NCBI GenBank assembly: GCA_048940445.1
Contig: JBHLON010000003.1
Span: 50,626 to 114,625 of the forward strand
Source of the DNA: Promethearchaeota archaeon
Lineage (GTDB): Archaea; Asgardarchaeota; Lokiarchaeia; Sigyniarchaeales; SOKP01
Length of the DNA stretch: 64,000 nt
Direction: 5' to 3'
In this document: positions 18,722 to 29,176 of the stretch, piece after piece
Numbering within the stretch: the first letter of the stretch is position 1
Layout of the letters: each line of letters begins with the position of its first letter
Notes under the pieces: model-generated
Told to the model about the DNA's origin: nothing
The model's input: only the letters and a program-made list of their open reading frames with translations
Database searches by the model: none
Position numbers and translations under genes: made by a program

Positions 18722-21196
18722 TTAATCTATTTTTTTCTTTCTATGTCTTACTATTGATAAAACTGCTATACTTATCACAGCAGCTACACTAATAATATAA
18801 ATTAAAATAATCAGTTCGATTGGAACTCCGCTGGTTCCTTGACCATACATGCAATCACCATTATTGCTAAAAGAATTTCCTTGGCAAAATTGTTCAACGA
18901 TACATTCATTATTTCCTATTAACGTATTTCCCGAAATTGTATTATAATTACTGCGATATAAGGATATCCCGAAATTATTTTCATTGGCAGTATTACCCTG
19001 GATAGTGTTATAATAACTGTAAAATAATTCTATCCCATTAAAAGGGTTATTATTTGCGGTGTTTCCTGAAACTGTGTTATAATAACTGGAAATTAATTCT
19101 ATCCCATTAAAAGAGTTATTATTTGCGGTGTTTCCTGAAACTGTGTTATAATAGCTGTAAAATAAGATTATCCCACTAAGAAAGTTATTATTTGCGAAGT
19201 TTCCTGAAATGTCGGAACTATTACAACCTATTAGACAAATACCATAATCATTGTTATTTGCAATGTTTCCCGAAATGGTGTTATGATCACAACGTACTAG
19301 GTTTATCCCATAAAGATTATTATCTACAGTGTTTCCCAAGAGGGTATTGTTATAAGAATAGTATAATGAAATTGCATTAGTACTATAAGAAATCTCCAAG
19401 TCTCTTATTAATGAATCATTGCAATTGACCAGTATAACTTGTCCAGCATCAAAAAAATCGTCTGATCTTAAATTTTTTTCATTAACATAATAATATAATG
19501 GTTTTCCATTCACTAGATTTGTAGTGCTAATATCTTGGGAACTCAAAAGTTCAACTGAACCCTCAATAATTAATCCACATTTATTCATAATATTTCCTGA
19601 AACTGTGGTATGATTATTTGAGTATAAGACTATTCCATATGAGCTATCATCTATGATGTTTCCCGAAATGGCGGTATGATCACATTTTTCCATTCGTATC
19701 CCATATTGATTGTTATTTGCGTTGTTTCCTGAAACTGTGATATGATTATTTGAGAATAAGTCTATTCCATCTGTGTTATCATCTATGATGTTTCCCGAAA
19801 TGATGGTATGATTACAGCCTTCCAGTTGTATCCCATCGTTATTATCATTTACAGTGTTTCCCGAAATAGCGGAATTATTACTACTCAATAGATAAATACC
19901 AAAAAAGGCATTATCATTTGCGTTGTTTCCCGAAATAATGGAATTATTACTATTTAATAGAAAAATACCAAGGGTATTGTTATTTACGATGTTTCCTAAA
20001 ACAGTGATATTAACGCTATTTATTAAAGAGACACCGTAATAATTGCAACTTGCGTTGTTTCCCGAAATGGTGGTATAATTACTCTCAGATAAAGGTATCC
20101 CAAATAGATTATTATTTGCGATATTTCCCGAAATAGTGGAATTGTTACTATCTAATAGATAAATACCATTAGTATTGTTATTTACGATGTTTCCGAAAAC
20201 AGTGATATTAACGCTATTTATTAAAGAGATACCATAATAATTGTTATTTGCAGTATTACTCAAAATGTTAATATCATTACATGACCTTATGTCGAATCCA
20301 TTATTATTACTATTTGCTATATTTCCTGAAATTGTAATGTTAGTACAATAAGAGACTGAAAATCCTATAGCAATATGAGAAACACTCAAGTTTGATACCA
20401 ATGAATTATGACAATTGATCAGTATCACTTGCCCTCCATTTATAAAATCGTTCAATCCCAAATTAATTTCATTAATGTAATAATATATTGGTTTATCATT
20501 CACTAAATTTGTGGTGTCTATTCTATTTGGTAATATTCCCTCCCACAACCTAATTCCACAATTAATCATTTTATTACCTGAAATCGTGTTATTAATACTA
20601 TAGTATAAATTTATCCCCATATAGTTGTTATTTAAAGCGTTTTCTGAAATTATATTATTGTTACTATTGAATAAATTTATCCCATCATTATTATCATTTA
20701 CACTGTTTCCAGAGATCGTATTATTAATACTAAAGATTAAAGTTATTGCTGTATCAAAATTATTACTCACGTTATTGTTCATTATTAGTCCATTCGTAAC
20801 GTTACTTAAATAAATACCTGAACCAACAGCATAATTTCCTGAATTATGTAATGTACAATTTTTAATTATAAAAGATACATTAGAGTTTTGAATCAAGATA
20901 CAATTTCCTAGACCACCTCCATCTATCTCCACATCTTCTATAACAAAGGGCTCTGAGTAAGTGCCATTCCCAGTACATATTCCAGTATTTTTAGCCACAA
21001 ACCAATTAGAACTTGGATCATTATCATCAATATAAATTGGGGGGGATAAAGCTGAAATTTTAAAATTTTCATGATCTGAATTAATATATTCTCTAAAATC
21101 TGAAATTTCATAATTAAAACTAAAGGAAATCATTGGTGAAAAAAGGAAAAGGATACCTAAAATAATTAAGACTATTTCATCGTGATTTGATTTCAT
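18722..21196 (-). CDS. NosD/CASH right-handed beta-helix surface protein with C-terminal TM
   Basis: Many NN.ISGN.ANNN..GI.L repeats; likely ATG start at 21196 (MKSN, matching the paralog); C-terminal TM plus RKKK. Confidence 0.9.
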   Translation of the reverse strand: MKSNHDEIVLIILGILFLFSPMISFSFNYEISDFREYINSDHENFKISALSPPIYIDDNDPSSNWFVAKNTGICTGNGTYSEPFVIEDVEIDGGGLGNCILIQNSNVSFIIKNCTLHNSGNYAVGSGIYLSNVTNGLIMNNNVSNNFDTAITLIFSINNTISGNSVNDNNDGINLFNSNNNIISENALNNNYMGINLYYSINNTISGNKMINCGIRLWEGILPNRIDTTNLVNDKPIYYYINEINLGLNDFINGGQVILINCHNSLVSNLSVSHIAIGFSVSYCTNITISGNIANSNNNGFDIRSCNDINILSNTANNNYYGISLINSVNITVFGNIVNNNTNGIYLLDSNNSTISGNIANNNLFGIPLSESNYTTISGNNASCNYYGVSLINSVNITVLGNIVNNNTLGIFLLNSNNSIISGNNANDNAFFGIYLLSSNNSAISGNTVNDNNDGIQLEGCNHTIISGNIIDDNTDGIDLFSNNHITVSGNNANNNQYGIRMEKCDHTAISGNIIDDSSYGIVLYSNNHTTVSGNIMNKCGLIIEGSVELLSSQDISTTNLVNGKPLYYYVNEKNLRSDDFFDAGQVILVNCNDSLIRDLEISYSTNAISLYYSYNNTLLGNTVDNNLYGINLVRCDHNTISGNIANNNDYGICLIGCNSSDISGNFANNNFLSGIILFYSYYNTVSGNTANNNSFNGIELISSYYNTVSGNTANNNPFNGIELFYSYYNTIQGNTANENNFGISLYRSNYNTISGNTLIGNNECIVEQFCQGNSFSNNGDCMYGQGTSGVPIELIILIYIISVAAVISIAVLSIVRHRKKKID
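19005..19200 (-). repeat. Near-identical 66-bp tandem coding repeats in the beta-helix gene
   Basis: SYYNTVSGNTANNNxxNGIEL units are nearly identical at DNA level. Confidence 0.8.
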
Positions 21197-21339
21197 ATCA
21201 GTTTCGCTAATATAATTTTTTTTAGAACTAAAATATATTTTAAAGCTTTCCTTTATAAAGCTTTGTTTCAATTATAGGGGTAAATTTTTATTCAGGTAAG
21301 CTAAAAATTGTTTGAAAGCTCTATTAATTCAAAAGCCAT

Positions 21340-21477
21340 TATTGAAGCTAATTCCTAATGGTGTTATATTTCTATATAACATCAATAAACTTCCAGTGGT
21401 AGATTACCGAAAAGAAGTAATTCCTAATTCTTAATTAAATTACTTTAAAATCACGAAAGTTATTAAAAGACAATTTA
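21340..21477 (+). repeat. Direct repeat copy B (orphan radical SAM 3' fragment)
   Basis: Matches 18466-18603. Confidence 0.85.
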
Positions 21478-21495
21478 AGGATATACTGAAAAATT

Positions 21496-22587
21496 TTATG
21501 TACAATTATCTTTAATTTCAAAATTCTTTTTTTTTATATAGATTATAATTACTATGATTGAAAGTGTACTAAATAAAAAGATTAAGCTATACCCTGAAAT
21601 TAATGGTGTTGATACTTGATCATATGTACAATCTCCATTATTACTAAAAGAATTTCCTTGGCACCTTTCTTCAGAGATGCATTCATTATTTCCTATTAAA
21701 GTATTTCCCGAAACTATGTTAAAATCACTATATGATAAATATATTCCACGATCATTGTTATTGGCGGTGTTTCCCGAAATTATGTTAAAATCACTATAGG
21801 AGAAAAATAACCCACGATCATTATTATTGGCGGTGTTTCCCGAAATGATGTTATTATGACTAAGTCCTAAATATATCCCCAGGCTATTGGAATTTACGAT
21901 GTTTCCCGAAATGACATTGTCATAACAATTTATATGTAAATAGATTCCCCAATTAGTATTATTACTTACGATGTTTCCCGAAATAATGTTATTATTACAA
22001 TTATCTAATTTTATCCCATAACCATTATTATTTGCAATGTTTCCTGACATAGTGATATTATTGCAATTTTCTAAATAGAACCCATAACCATTATTATTCG
22101 CAATATTTCCTGACATGGTGATATTATTACAATTTTCTAAATAGAACCCATTAGCACTAAATATACAATAGTTAATAACCAAATATCCTTCAATAACATT
22201 GTTCAGGTGAATACCTGAATTTGGATAAGGAAATCCTGCTGTGAGTGTACAATTTTCAATTTTAAAATAGACATCGGAATTCTCAATCAAAATACAAGTT
22301 CCTGATTCTCCACTATTTATTTCTAAATCCTCTATAACATAAGGCTCGGAATACGTACCATTTCCTGTACAGATTCCAGCAATCTTGGCAGTTGTCCAAT
22401 TATTATTAATATGAATTTGTCCCGAAATTTTTGAAGGTTGCAAAATGTCAACATTTGAATTAAAATCATCATTATAGCTTAAATTCTTGTTAGTACCTAT
22501 AATATAACTAGAATTATTAAAAATTGATGGTAAAAAAGCAAAAATGAGTACTAAAATTATTAAGTTCGATTTTGTGTTTGATTTCAT
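21496..22587 (-). CDS. NosD/CASH beta-helix surface protein with Loki-CTERM-like tail
   Basis: GICTGNGTYSEPYVIED shared with the paralog; ISGY-hydrophobic-KKK tail. Confidence 0.9.
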   Translation of the reverse strand: MKSNTKSNLIILVLIFAFLPSIFNNSSYIIGTNKNLSYNDDFNSNVDILQPSKISGQIHINNNWTTAKIAGICTGNGTYSEPYVIEDLEINSGESGTCILIENSDVYFKIENCTLTAGFPYPNSGIHLNNVIEGYLVINYCIFSANGFYLENCNNITMSGNIANNNGYGFYLENCNNITMSGNIANNNGYGIKLDNCNNNIISGNIVSNNTNWGIYLHINCYDNVISGNIVNSNSLGIYLGLSHNNIISGNTANNNDRGLFFSYSDFNIISGNTANNNDRGIYLSYSDFNIVSGNTLIGNNECISEERCQGNSFSNNGDCTYDQVSTPLISGYSLIFLFSTLSIIVIIIYIKKKNFEIKDNCT

Positions 22588-22832
22588 AATAATTTCGCCA
22601 ATATTTTTTTAAGATTCAAGTAAGATCAAGGAAAATTTCTTTAATATAATTTTGTTTCAACTGTTACAAATTATTATTTATGATTAATATCATTAGGTTA
22701 TTCATCATTATTTCATATACTAAATTCAGTTTTAATAGAAGTCTTAGTGTTTCTCTGAGTTTGATACTAAGTTTTATATAGAATAAGAGTATTATTTTTT
22801 TTTATTAAAAAATAGAATTAAATTGAAATCTA

Positions 22833-24098
22833 ATGCCAACCGAATTCGAGAAGAATTTAGAAAAATATGCCGAAGTCATATTAAAAGTTGGTTTGAATCT
22901 CCAACCTAAACAGCATTTACTGATTGGAGGACCTACTTCCTTCAGCGATGGCGTCCCTTTTGAAGTCGCTCCGTTAGTACGCATAATTGCAGAAAAAGCA
23001 TATAGAATGGGGGCAAAACTTGTTGATGTAATATGGGCAGATGAGCAATTACGCATGATTCGACTTCAGAATAGTCCTAAAAAGTTACTTAGAGAATATC
23101 CAAAATGGAAAATAGATGCAAGATTTAATATTTCTCAGGCAGGTGATGCTAATCTTATATTTTTATGTCCAAACCCAAATTTATTGAAAAATGTGGATCC
23201 TAGTTCGATTTTAAAGTTTCAATTCTTCTTAAATAAACAACTTCAATCAGTTACTAAGCTTGTAGGAGCGAACGCATTAAATTGGTCAATAATTTCAATA
23301 CCAACGGCAGCCTGGGCAGAAAAACTATTTCCAAATATTAAATCAGAGGAAGCAACTCGGAAATTATGGGATATTATTTTTGAAGTTTGTCGAGTAATTG
23401 AAGACGATCCTGTTTCTGCTTGGCAAACTCATATTGAAAATCTAAATAAACGTTGCAGTTATTTAAATAAGAAACAATATAAAGCACTTAAATTAACCTC
23501 TCCTGAAACAGATCTAACAATTGGGATAGCAAAAGACCACATTTGGCATGGAGGAAATGAAATCTCGCAAAAAGGTATTAGCTTTACAGCAAATATGCCT
23601 ACTGAAGAGATATTTACAATCCCGCATAAAGATAAAGTTGAAGGGGTCGTTAAAATCACTAAACCTTTAATTATTGAAGGACAACTTATTGAGGAGGCTA
23701 CTTTTCAATTTTCAAATGGGGAAGTTATGAACGTAAATGCCAAATTTGGTGAGAATACTATAAATTCAATAATTAATTTTGATGATGGAGCCCGAAGATT
23801 GGGAGAGATTGCTTTAGTACCTCATAGTTCCCCTGTGTCAAGGAAAGGGATGATTTTTTATAATGCATTAATCGACGAGAATGCTTCAAACCACATTGCA
23901 CTGGGTAGTGCATATCGTCCCTCTTTAAAAAATGGTAATGATATGACTGATGAAGAATTCACATCTGCTGGAGGAAATGACAGCATAATCCATCTTGATA
24001 TGATGATTGGGTCAGGAGAGATGAATGTTGATGGAATTACAGAAGATGATAAGGTTGAAGCTATAATGCGAAATGGAGAATGGGCATTTGAAGTTTGA
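22833..24098 (+). CDS. M29 aminopeptidase (AmpS/PepS/AmpT)
   Basis: ANMPTEEIFT, LGEIALVP, DENASNHIALG, HLDMMIG. Confidence 0.95.
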   Translation: MPTEFEKNLEKYAEVILKVGLNLQPKQHLLIGGPTSFSDGVPFEVAPLVRIIAEKAYRMGAKLVDVIWADEQLRMIRLQNSPKKLLREYPKWKIDARFNISQAGDANLIFLCPNPNLLKNVDPSSILKFQFFLNKQLQSVTKLVGANALNWSIISIPTAAWAEKLFPNIKSEEATRKLWDIIFEVCRVIEDDPVSAWQTHIENLNKRCSYLNKKQYKALKLTSPETDLTIGIAKDHIWHGGNEISQKGISFTANMPTEEIFTIPHKDKVEGVVKITKPLIIEGQLIEEATFQFSNGEVMNVNAKFGENTINSIINFDDGARRLGEIALVPHSSPVSRKGMIFYNALIDENASNHIALGSAYRPSLKNGNDMTDEEFTSAGGNDSIIHLDMMIGSGEMNVDGITEDDKVEAIMRNGEWAFEV

Positions 24099-24222
24099 AA
24101 ACCTCAAATCTTTTTATACAATTATGTAAAATTTTAAATGCTTTGTCATTAAATTGTACTCTATATTGAAATCTAATTTAAAAAATGAATTAAAAATCAA
24201 ATTATATAGGTGATAAATAGAA

Positions 24223-24537
24223 ATGATGTTCATTACATATTGGGAGATAAATCCAGATTTCGATCCAGCAGAATTGGCTGAAATAGCTCAAGAACTTATA
24301 AGCAAAAAGGTTTATCCTGCAGAAGGAATTAAAGAGCATGCATTTTATATTAGTACATCAGATTATTGGGGTATTGGTATAGATGAGGCTGAAAGTGAAG
24401 AAGCATTAGCCAGGAATGTTAATATGTGGAGAATAGCTAAACCCGGCTTTATTAAATTTATAAAATCCACTCCTGCTATGGAAGTTGTTAAAGTACTCCC
24501 GGTATTGGTAAAATTGAAAAAACAAATAAAAGGGTAA
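24223..24537 (+). CDS. Small DUF3303-like protein
   Basis: 104-aa ORF with AGGTGA SD; MFITYWE start pattern. Confidence 0.6.
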   Translation: MMFITYWEINPDFDPAELAEIAQELISKKVYPAEGIKEHAFYISTSDYWGIGIDEAESEEALARNVNMWRIAKPGFIKFIKSTPAMEVVKVLPVLVKLKKQIKG

Positions 24538-24645
24538 TAATATAGAGACTCTGTATCGTTCTGAAAAATCTTAACCCTTTAAATTCAACTTTTTTTCTTT
24601 ATTCTGTTTATAAGAGTATTATTTAGATTTTTATGCATTTAGCAA

Positions 24646-24948
24646 TCAATCGCTACTTTTAGAGAGCAATATATGATTATCATAAACATCATAAAGCAGC
24701 TCAAAGAATTTGAAAAAATTAAGAACTTGATATTTTTTCGGTGATTTAGCTTCAAATCTTTTTATAACTTTATGTTTTTCAAGGTAATGTAAGGATCTCC
24801 AATAAAAATTAATTTTGGAGTGATCTAATGGGTCAATCTTATATAATTTTCTTATTTTTTTTACAGATATAAGTGAATTATATTTGGATTTCGTTATAGT
24901 TCCTATGGCACGAATAGTTTCATCTAGGTATTTTTCTGGTATTTTCAT
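24646..24948 (-). CDS. Hypothetical basic protein (possible wHTH)
   Basis: 100-aa ORF, GGGG upstream, ...LHYLEKHKVIKR. Confidence 0.65.
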   Translation of the reverse strand: MKIPEKYLDETIRAIGTITKSKYNSLISVKKIRKLYKIDPLDHSKINFYWRSLHYLEKHKVIKRFEAKSPKKYQVLNFFKFFELLYDVYDNHILLSKSSD

Positions 24949-24975
24949 TAATCCCCATCGATACTTTTTATGTTT

Positions 24976-26184
24976 TCATTGATTATAAATATTTTTCCTT
25001 TGACTTGATTTCGTAAGCAATTTCCTACATATTAGATAAATTGATATTAAACCAATTATTCCCAGTAGGATAATTATATCATAACCAGGAATCCTTCTGA
25101 GAAATGTGAATGGTGGTAATTCGGAAGGAGGATTTACAATTAATGTAATTACATACGTTTCAAAAGTATAATCATCTCCTGCGAAAGCCAATATTGATAT
25201 GCTATAAACTCCTTCTTGGACATTTGACAAAATTGCTTCATATATTCCATCAGAATCTATATCTTCAAGTTCTTCCTGTCCATAAACCCAAAGATATGTT
25301 ACTGTAGCATCTTTAATAGTATTATTTTGAGGATCTTTTAAAATAATTTTTAATAACACATCTTCTCCACTAAGAACTTCTATATGAGGCCCTCCATCTT
25401 CTCGATAAATGGTTCCAATTATTTTATAAATATCAATTCTTAAATTCATAATGTTAATTAAATAATTTGGGGCTTGAGCAATAATTGCAAAAAAATTAAT
25501 TCCAAGCGATAGATTGGTTGTATTGAGAAGGAGATTATATTGTTCTAAGATAGAACTTTCTGTTAGATTTAAAGTTAGCCCGTCACCTATTAATTGAATC
25601 GTTGCATTTGTAATATGAAGTCCAGTTTGACTATCTCTATATTTCATGGTTATATTTAGAATATTTCTTATGGTAGTTTCAACAAAAGGATCAAGAGTTT
25701 TATTAACGCTATCTACAAATAAGTCTAATTGAGATTCTTTTTCGACTAATTCAACGAAAAATTGAATACTTTGAGGTTGGTAATTTTCTTTTTCAGCAAA
25801 TATGGTTAATATAGTAATACCTTGCTCTAGATCATATCCTTTTATTGTAATGTTGTAAGATTGATGGCTATTTTCACTTAAATTAGACCACCCAATTAAT
25901 ATTACTGTTGCATTAGGGATGTGTGTTCCATTTTCAAGATTTCTGTAGAATACTGTAACATTTAAAACATCATCACTTCTAATTTGAATCATTTCTCCAC
26001 CATTTCTATGAACTCCATTAATAAATAACTCTAAAGAAGAGTTGTTTGAAGATTCTAAGTGATGGTTAACTTGACTACCACATATAGAATTAGAGCCCCA
26101 GATTAAAACTGACATATCTGGAGATAAAGGTGCATATGAAATTATAATGAGAGGAATTATTAAGGTTAATGTTGTTATTCTCAT
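24976..26184 (-). CDS. Ig-like repeat surface protein with Loki-CTERM-like tail
   Basis: Signal peptide, repeated beta domains with many N-x-T sequons, IPGYDIIILLGIIGLISIYLICRK tail. Confidence 0.85.
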   Translation of the reverse strand: MRITTLTLIIPLIIISYAPLSPDMSVLIWGSNSICGSQVNHHLESSNNSSLELFINGVHRNGGEMIQIRSDDVLNVTVFYRNLENGTHIPNATVILIGWSNLSENSHQSYNITIKGYDLEQGITILTIFAEKENYQPQSIQFFVELVEKESQLDLFVDSVNKTLDPFVETTIRNILNITMKYRDSQTGLHITNATIQLIGDGLTLNLTESSILEQYNLLLNTTNLSLGINFFAIIAQAPNYLINIMNLRIDIYKIIGTIYREDGGPHIEVLSGEDVLLKIILKDPQNNTIKDATVTYLWVYGQEELEDIDSDGIYEAILSNVQEGVYSISILAFAGDDYTFETYVITLIVNPPSELPPFTFLRRIPGYDIIILLGIIGLISIYLICRKLLTKSSQRKNIYNQ

Positions 26185-26516
26185 TTTTTTTTTACTTATT
26201 TAATTTCGTCTGGGATTTAAATAGGATATTTTTAATTATATATGTTTTTATAAGTAAGAGTAGAATAAGCTAGGCTTTTTTATATTTGAAAATTTAAATC
26301 CTTCCCTATAAAATATAATGATAGGATTTTAAATGCTTTTTCTTGGACTGATTGATTTATCACATATACCAGTATCTGGTATTTTTACTCTTGTTTTAAA
26401 CTTAATTGCTGCAATAATTATTTCAATAAATGATATTACTTTTCGGGCTGAATAATTGGGATAATAATATTAAATATGAATAGTTATTCTCTTTTCTATT
26501 TCATTTTCGCGCATTT

Positions 26517-26915
26517 TTACATAACATATAATAATATAATGGTACACGCTGTAATTGTAAATACTATACAGCAGCTTATCATAATTACTTTTTGTAATTT
26601 AGTATACAATTTCTTTTTACAAAAAGGACATCTAACCCCACGCATCATTGTTGGGTCCCCTATCAGCCATCCTATTGTGTGTTTCAGAGAATAAGGCTCT
26701 CTTTCAGGGACGACATCCTTCTTGCATCTTTTGCAATATATCAATTGTTGAGTGATGTTTTTATATAATTTTTCCTTATCAAAGGCATGATTAGGTGGGG
26801 TTTTCTCCACTGTTTCGTGAGTCATCAATTTATTATAACAAATGGAGCAAAGTCCATTATATTTCTCGCTAGTCTTATTTGAGGTTTGGATTCCACATTT
26901 AACACAGGCGGGCAT
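26517..26915 (-). CDS. Double zinc-ribbon protein with C-terminal TM
   Basis: CVKC..CSIC and CKRC..CPFC; probable start MPAC at 26915. Confidence 0.7.
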   Translation of the reverse strand: MPACVKCGIQTSNKTSEKYNGLCSICYNKLMTHETVEKTPPNHAFDKEKLYKNITQQLIYCKRCKKDVVPEREPYSLKHTIGWLIGDPTMMRGVRCPFCKKKLYTKLQKVIMISCCIVFTITACTIILLYVM

Positions 26916-27147
26916 GATAATAAAAATTGCATTAAAATATTTATTGTATAATAACATCGATAATTATACATTTAAGTCTTTCGAGAAGAAAACCTAGAAT
27001 TGATGCTATTTATGTTTTTACAAAATTTCTTTCTAATCCCTTTCTTAAATTTTAAATTCTTAATCTTTAAAAATTTAAATTTGTTAAACTATTTAACTTT
27101 GAAATTAAAATGTACTTAGAAGTAGAAAGATTAAGGAATTTAATTGA

Positions 27148-27939
27148 GTGGAAAGATTGAATATTGACCAAATAATGGAAGGATACCAAAATGTTGGAGG
27201 ATTTAAATTATATTTTAAAAGAACTATTAATGGGAGCCCTACTGTGATTTTTGACTCCGGTTTAGGTGATGATATAACATCTTGGGAAAAAATCTTTCCT
27301 TATATTGCATCTCGAACCTCAGCACTAGTATATGATAGAGCTGGAATTGGCAAGTCAGATTTTAGTTTGTATTCTCGTAGTGCTGAACAAGTAGCTCAAG
27401 AATTACATACTTTATTAAAAGAGTTAAAAATAAATCCTCCTTATATTTTGGTAGGACATTCTCTTGGAGGTTGGCATATTCGTGTTTTCGCTGGACTTTA
27501 TCCTAAAGAAGTATGTGGATTATTACTTATTGATCCGCAAGAGATTAGTTTCTACAAAGAATGGAAACGTATGTACCCTAAACATTTTGAATATGAATAT
27601 CAGACATGGCTTGAATATTTTAATAATTCGCCTCAAGGGGAAAAATTAGAGTGGGAAATATTAAAAAACAGAATTGAAGCTCCTTCTAACCCTACTCCAA
27701 CTTTAGTTGATGTACCAACGATTTTAATCACAAGTATACAAAAAGAAGAACTGCCAACTGAAGAAGGATTCAATCCCGAGATCCGTAAATTAAAATTTGA
27801 AATATCCTCAAAATGGATGTCTAGATTAAATAAAGCTACTAATATTCTTAAGGCTGATGTTGGACATTATATTCATAAAGAGGATCCCGCCTTAATTCGT
27901 AGGCTAATAGATTACTTAATTGATATAAATAGAGAATGA
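27148..27939 (+). CDS. Alpha/beta hydrolase
   Basis: YDRAGIGKS, GHSLGG nucleophile elbow, GHYIH. Confidence 0.93.
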   Translation: MERLNIDQIMEGYQNVGGFKLYFKRTINGSPTVIFDSGLGDDITSWEKIFPYIASRTSALVYDRAGIGKSDFSLYSRSAEQVAQELHTLLKELKINPPYILVGHSLGGWHIRVFAGLYPKEVCGLLLIDPQEISFYKEWKRMYPKHFEYEYQTWLEYFNNSPQGEKLEWEILKNRIEAPSNPTPTLVDVPTILITSIQKEELPTEEGFNPEIRKLKFEISSKWMSRLNKATNILKADVGHYIHKEDPALIRRLIDYLIDINRE

Positions 27940-28147
27940 AAAGATGATTATACTATTCCAAACCAATCTGTATAGTAATTTATAACTTCGACAAATGGAA
28001 TATTCTCTTTTTTAATTTTTTCTATGTCTCGTAGAGCAATAAATTCAAGATCCGTAGTCTCAATGCTATGAAATAATGCCATAAAAAAATAAGTTTTATC
28101 ACAATGATTAAAAAATTCTCTTTTTGAACAAACATTCATTTTTTTTT

Positions 28148-29140
28148 TTACTCTCCAGGGTATTTAAAATTCCATTGAGAGCGTAAAGTATCCATCGTTT
28201 TCATGATTTCCAGAGTTTCATTTAAAGGCATGGTTTCACTTTCGAGTTTACCAGTTATTAAGCAATTATTTACTTCCATCGCTTCATAGTTATATCCTGG
28301 ATATTTAAAAGGTACTTTGATTGTTTTTTTCAGTTTACCTTCCAATTTTAAAATAAACTTTGATGGATGGTAAAAATTGGGAATTCCTATATAACCTTTC
28401 GTACCAAATATAAAGGCTTCGTGCGGCATAATCATTCTGTTTGAAGCAGAAAGCATCGCAGTCTGTCCTTTTTTATATTCAAATAAATAACAAGATTTTT
28501 CGTCCACTCCCGTTTCTCCAATATATGCGCTGCTTCTTACTTTATATGGAGTTTCTTTATAGATCATACTTGCAAAAGAAATAGGGTAAATTCCTAAATC
28601 TAACAATGCGCCTCCTCCCAATTCAGGATTAAATGATCGTTCTTTGGGGTTAAACTCTTGCTTAATTCCAAAATCAGCTCTAAAATGTTGAATTTTTCCT
28701 AATATTTTCTTATCCAAATATTCATTTAATTTTAAAATACAAGGTAAAAATCTTGACCACATCGCCTCCATCAAAAATAAATTATTATTACGGGCAGTTT
28801 CTATTAACTCTTCTGCTTGTTTAGAATTCAATGTAAAAGGTTTTTCACAAAGAACTGGCTTTCCATGATTTAAACACAATGAGGCATTTTCATAATGAAA
28901 ATTGTTAGTCGTAGCAATATATATCACATCAACAGCAGAATTATTCACTAATTTTTCATAATTATCATAAATACTTTTCACATGAAAAATTTTACCAAGA
29001 CGTTCAGCTTTCCCTTCAGTTTTAGATGCAACAGCTTCTAGTATTGTATTAGGAAGAGCTTTTAATCCTTCAGCAAACATATGTGAAATGTTTCCACAAC
29101 CTAAGATTCCCCATCTTACTGTTTTTCTCATACTATTCAA
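28148..29140 (-). CDS. Gfo/Idh/MocA oxidoreductase
   Basis: WGILGCGNI, LCEKP, GGGALLDLGIY. Confidence 0.95.
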   Translation of the reverse strand: MNSMRKTVRWGILGCGNISHMFAEGLKALPNTILEAVASKTEGKAERLGKIFHVKSIYDNYEKLVNNSAVDVIYIATTNNFHYENASLCLNHGKPVLCEKPFTLNSKQAEELIETARNNNLFLMEAMWSRFLPCILKLNEYLDKKILGKIQHFRADFGIKQEFNPKERSFNPELGGGALLDLGIYPISFASMIYKETPYKVRSSAYIGETGVDEKSCYLFEYKKGQTAMLSASNRMIMPHEAFIFGTKGYIGIPNFYHPSKFILKLEGKLKKTIKVPFKYPGYNYEAMEVNNCLITGKLESETMPLNETLEIMKTMDTLRSQWNFKYPGE

Positions 29141-29176
29141 TTATAAGTTTAATTTTAAAATTCTTTTGAATCTCTC

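Noticed and set aside
18722-22587. Repeats in beta-helix genes as a CRISPR array or DGR TR/VR pair
   Set aside because: They are in-frame coding repeats without unique spacers. Differences are not adenine-specific, and there is no cas or reverse transcriptase gene in the window.
27948-28139. 63-aa ORF, plus similar small fragments at ~26334-26456 and ~34350-34444
   Set aside because: No recognisable motif or SD; they may be gene remnants but cannot be supported from sequence alone.
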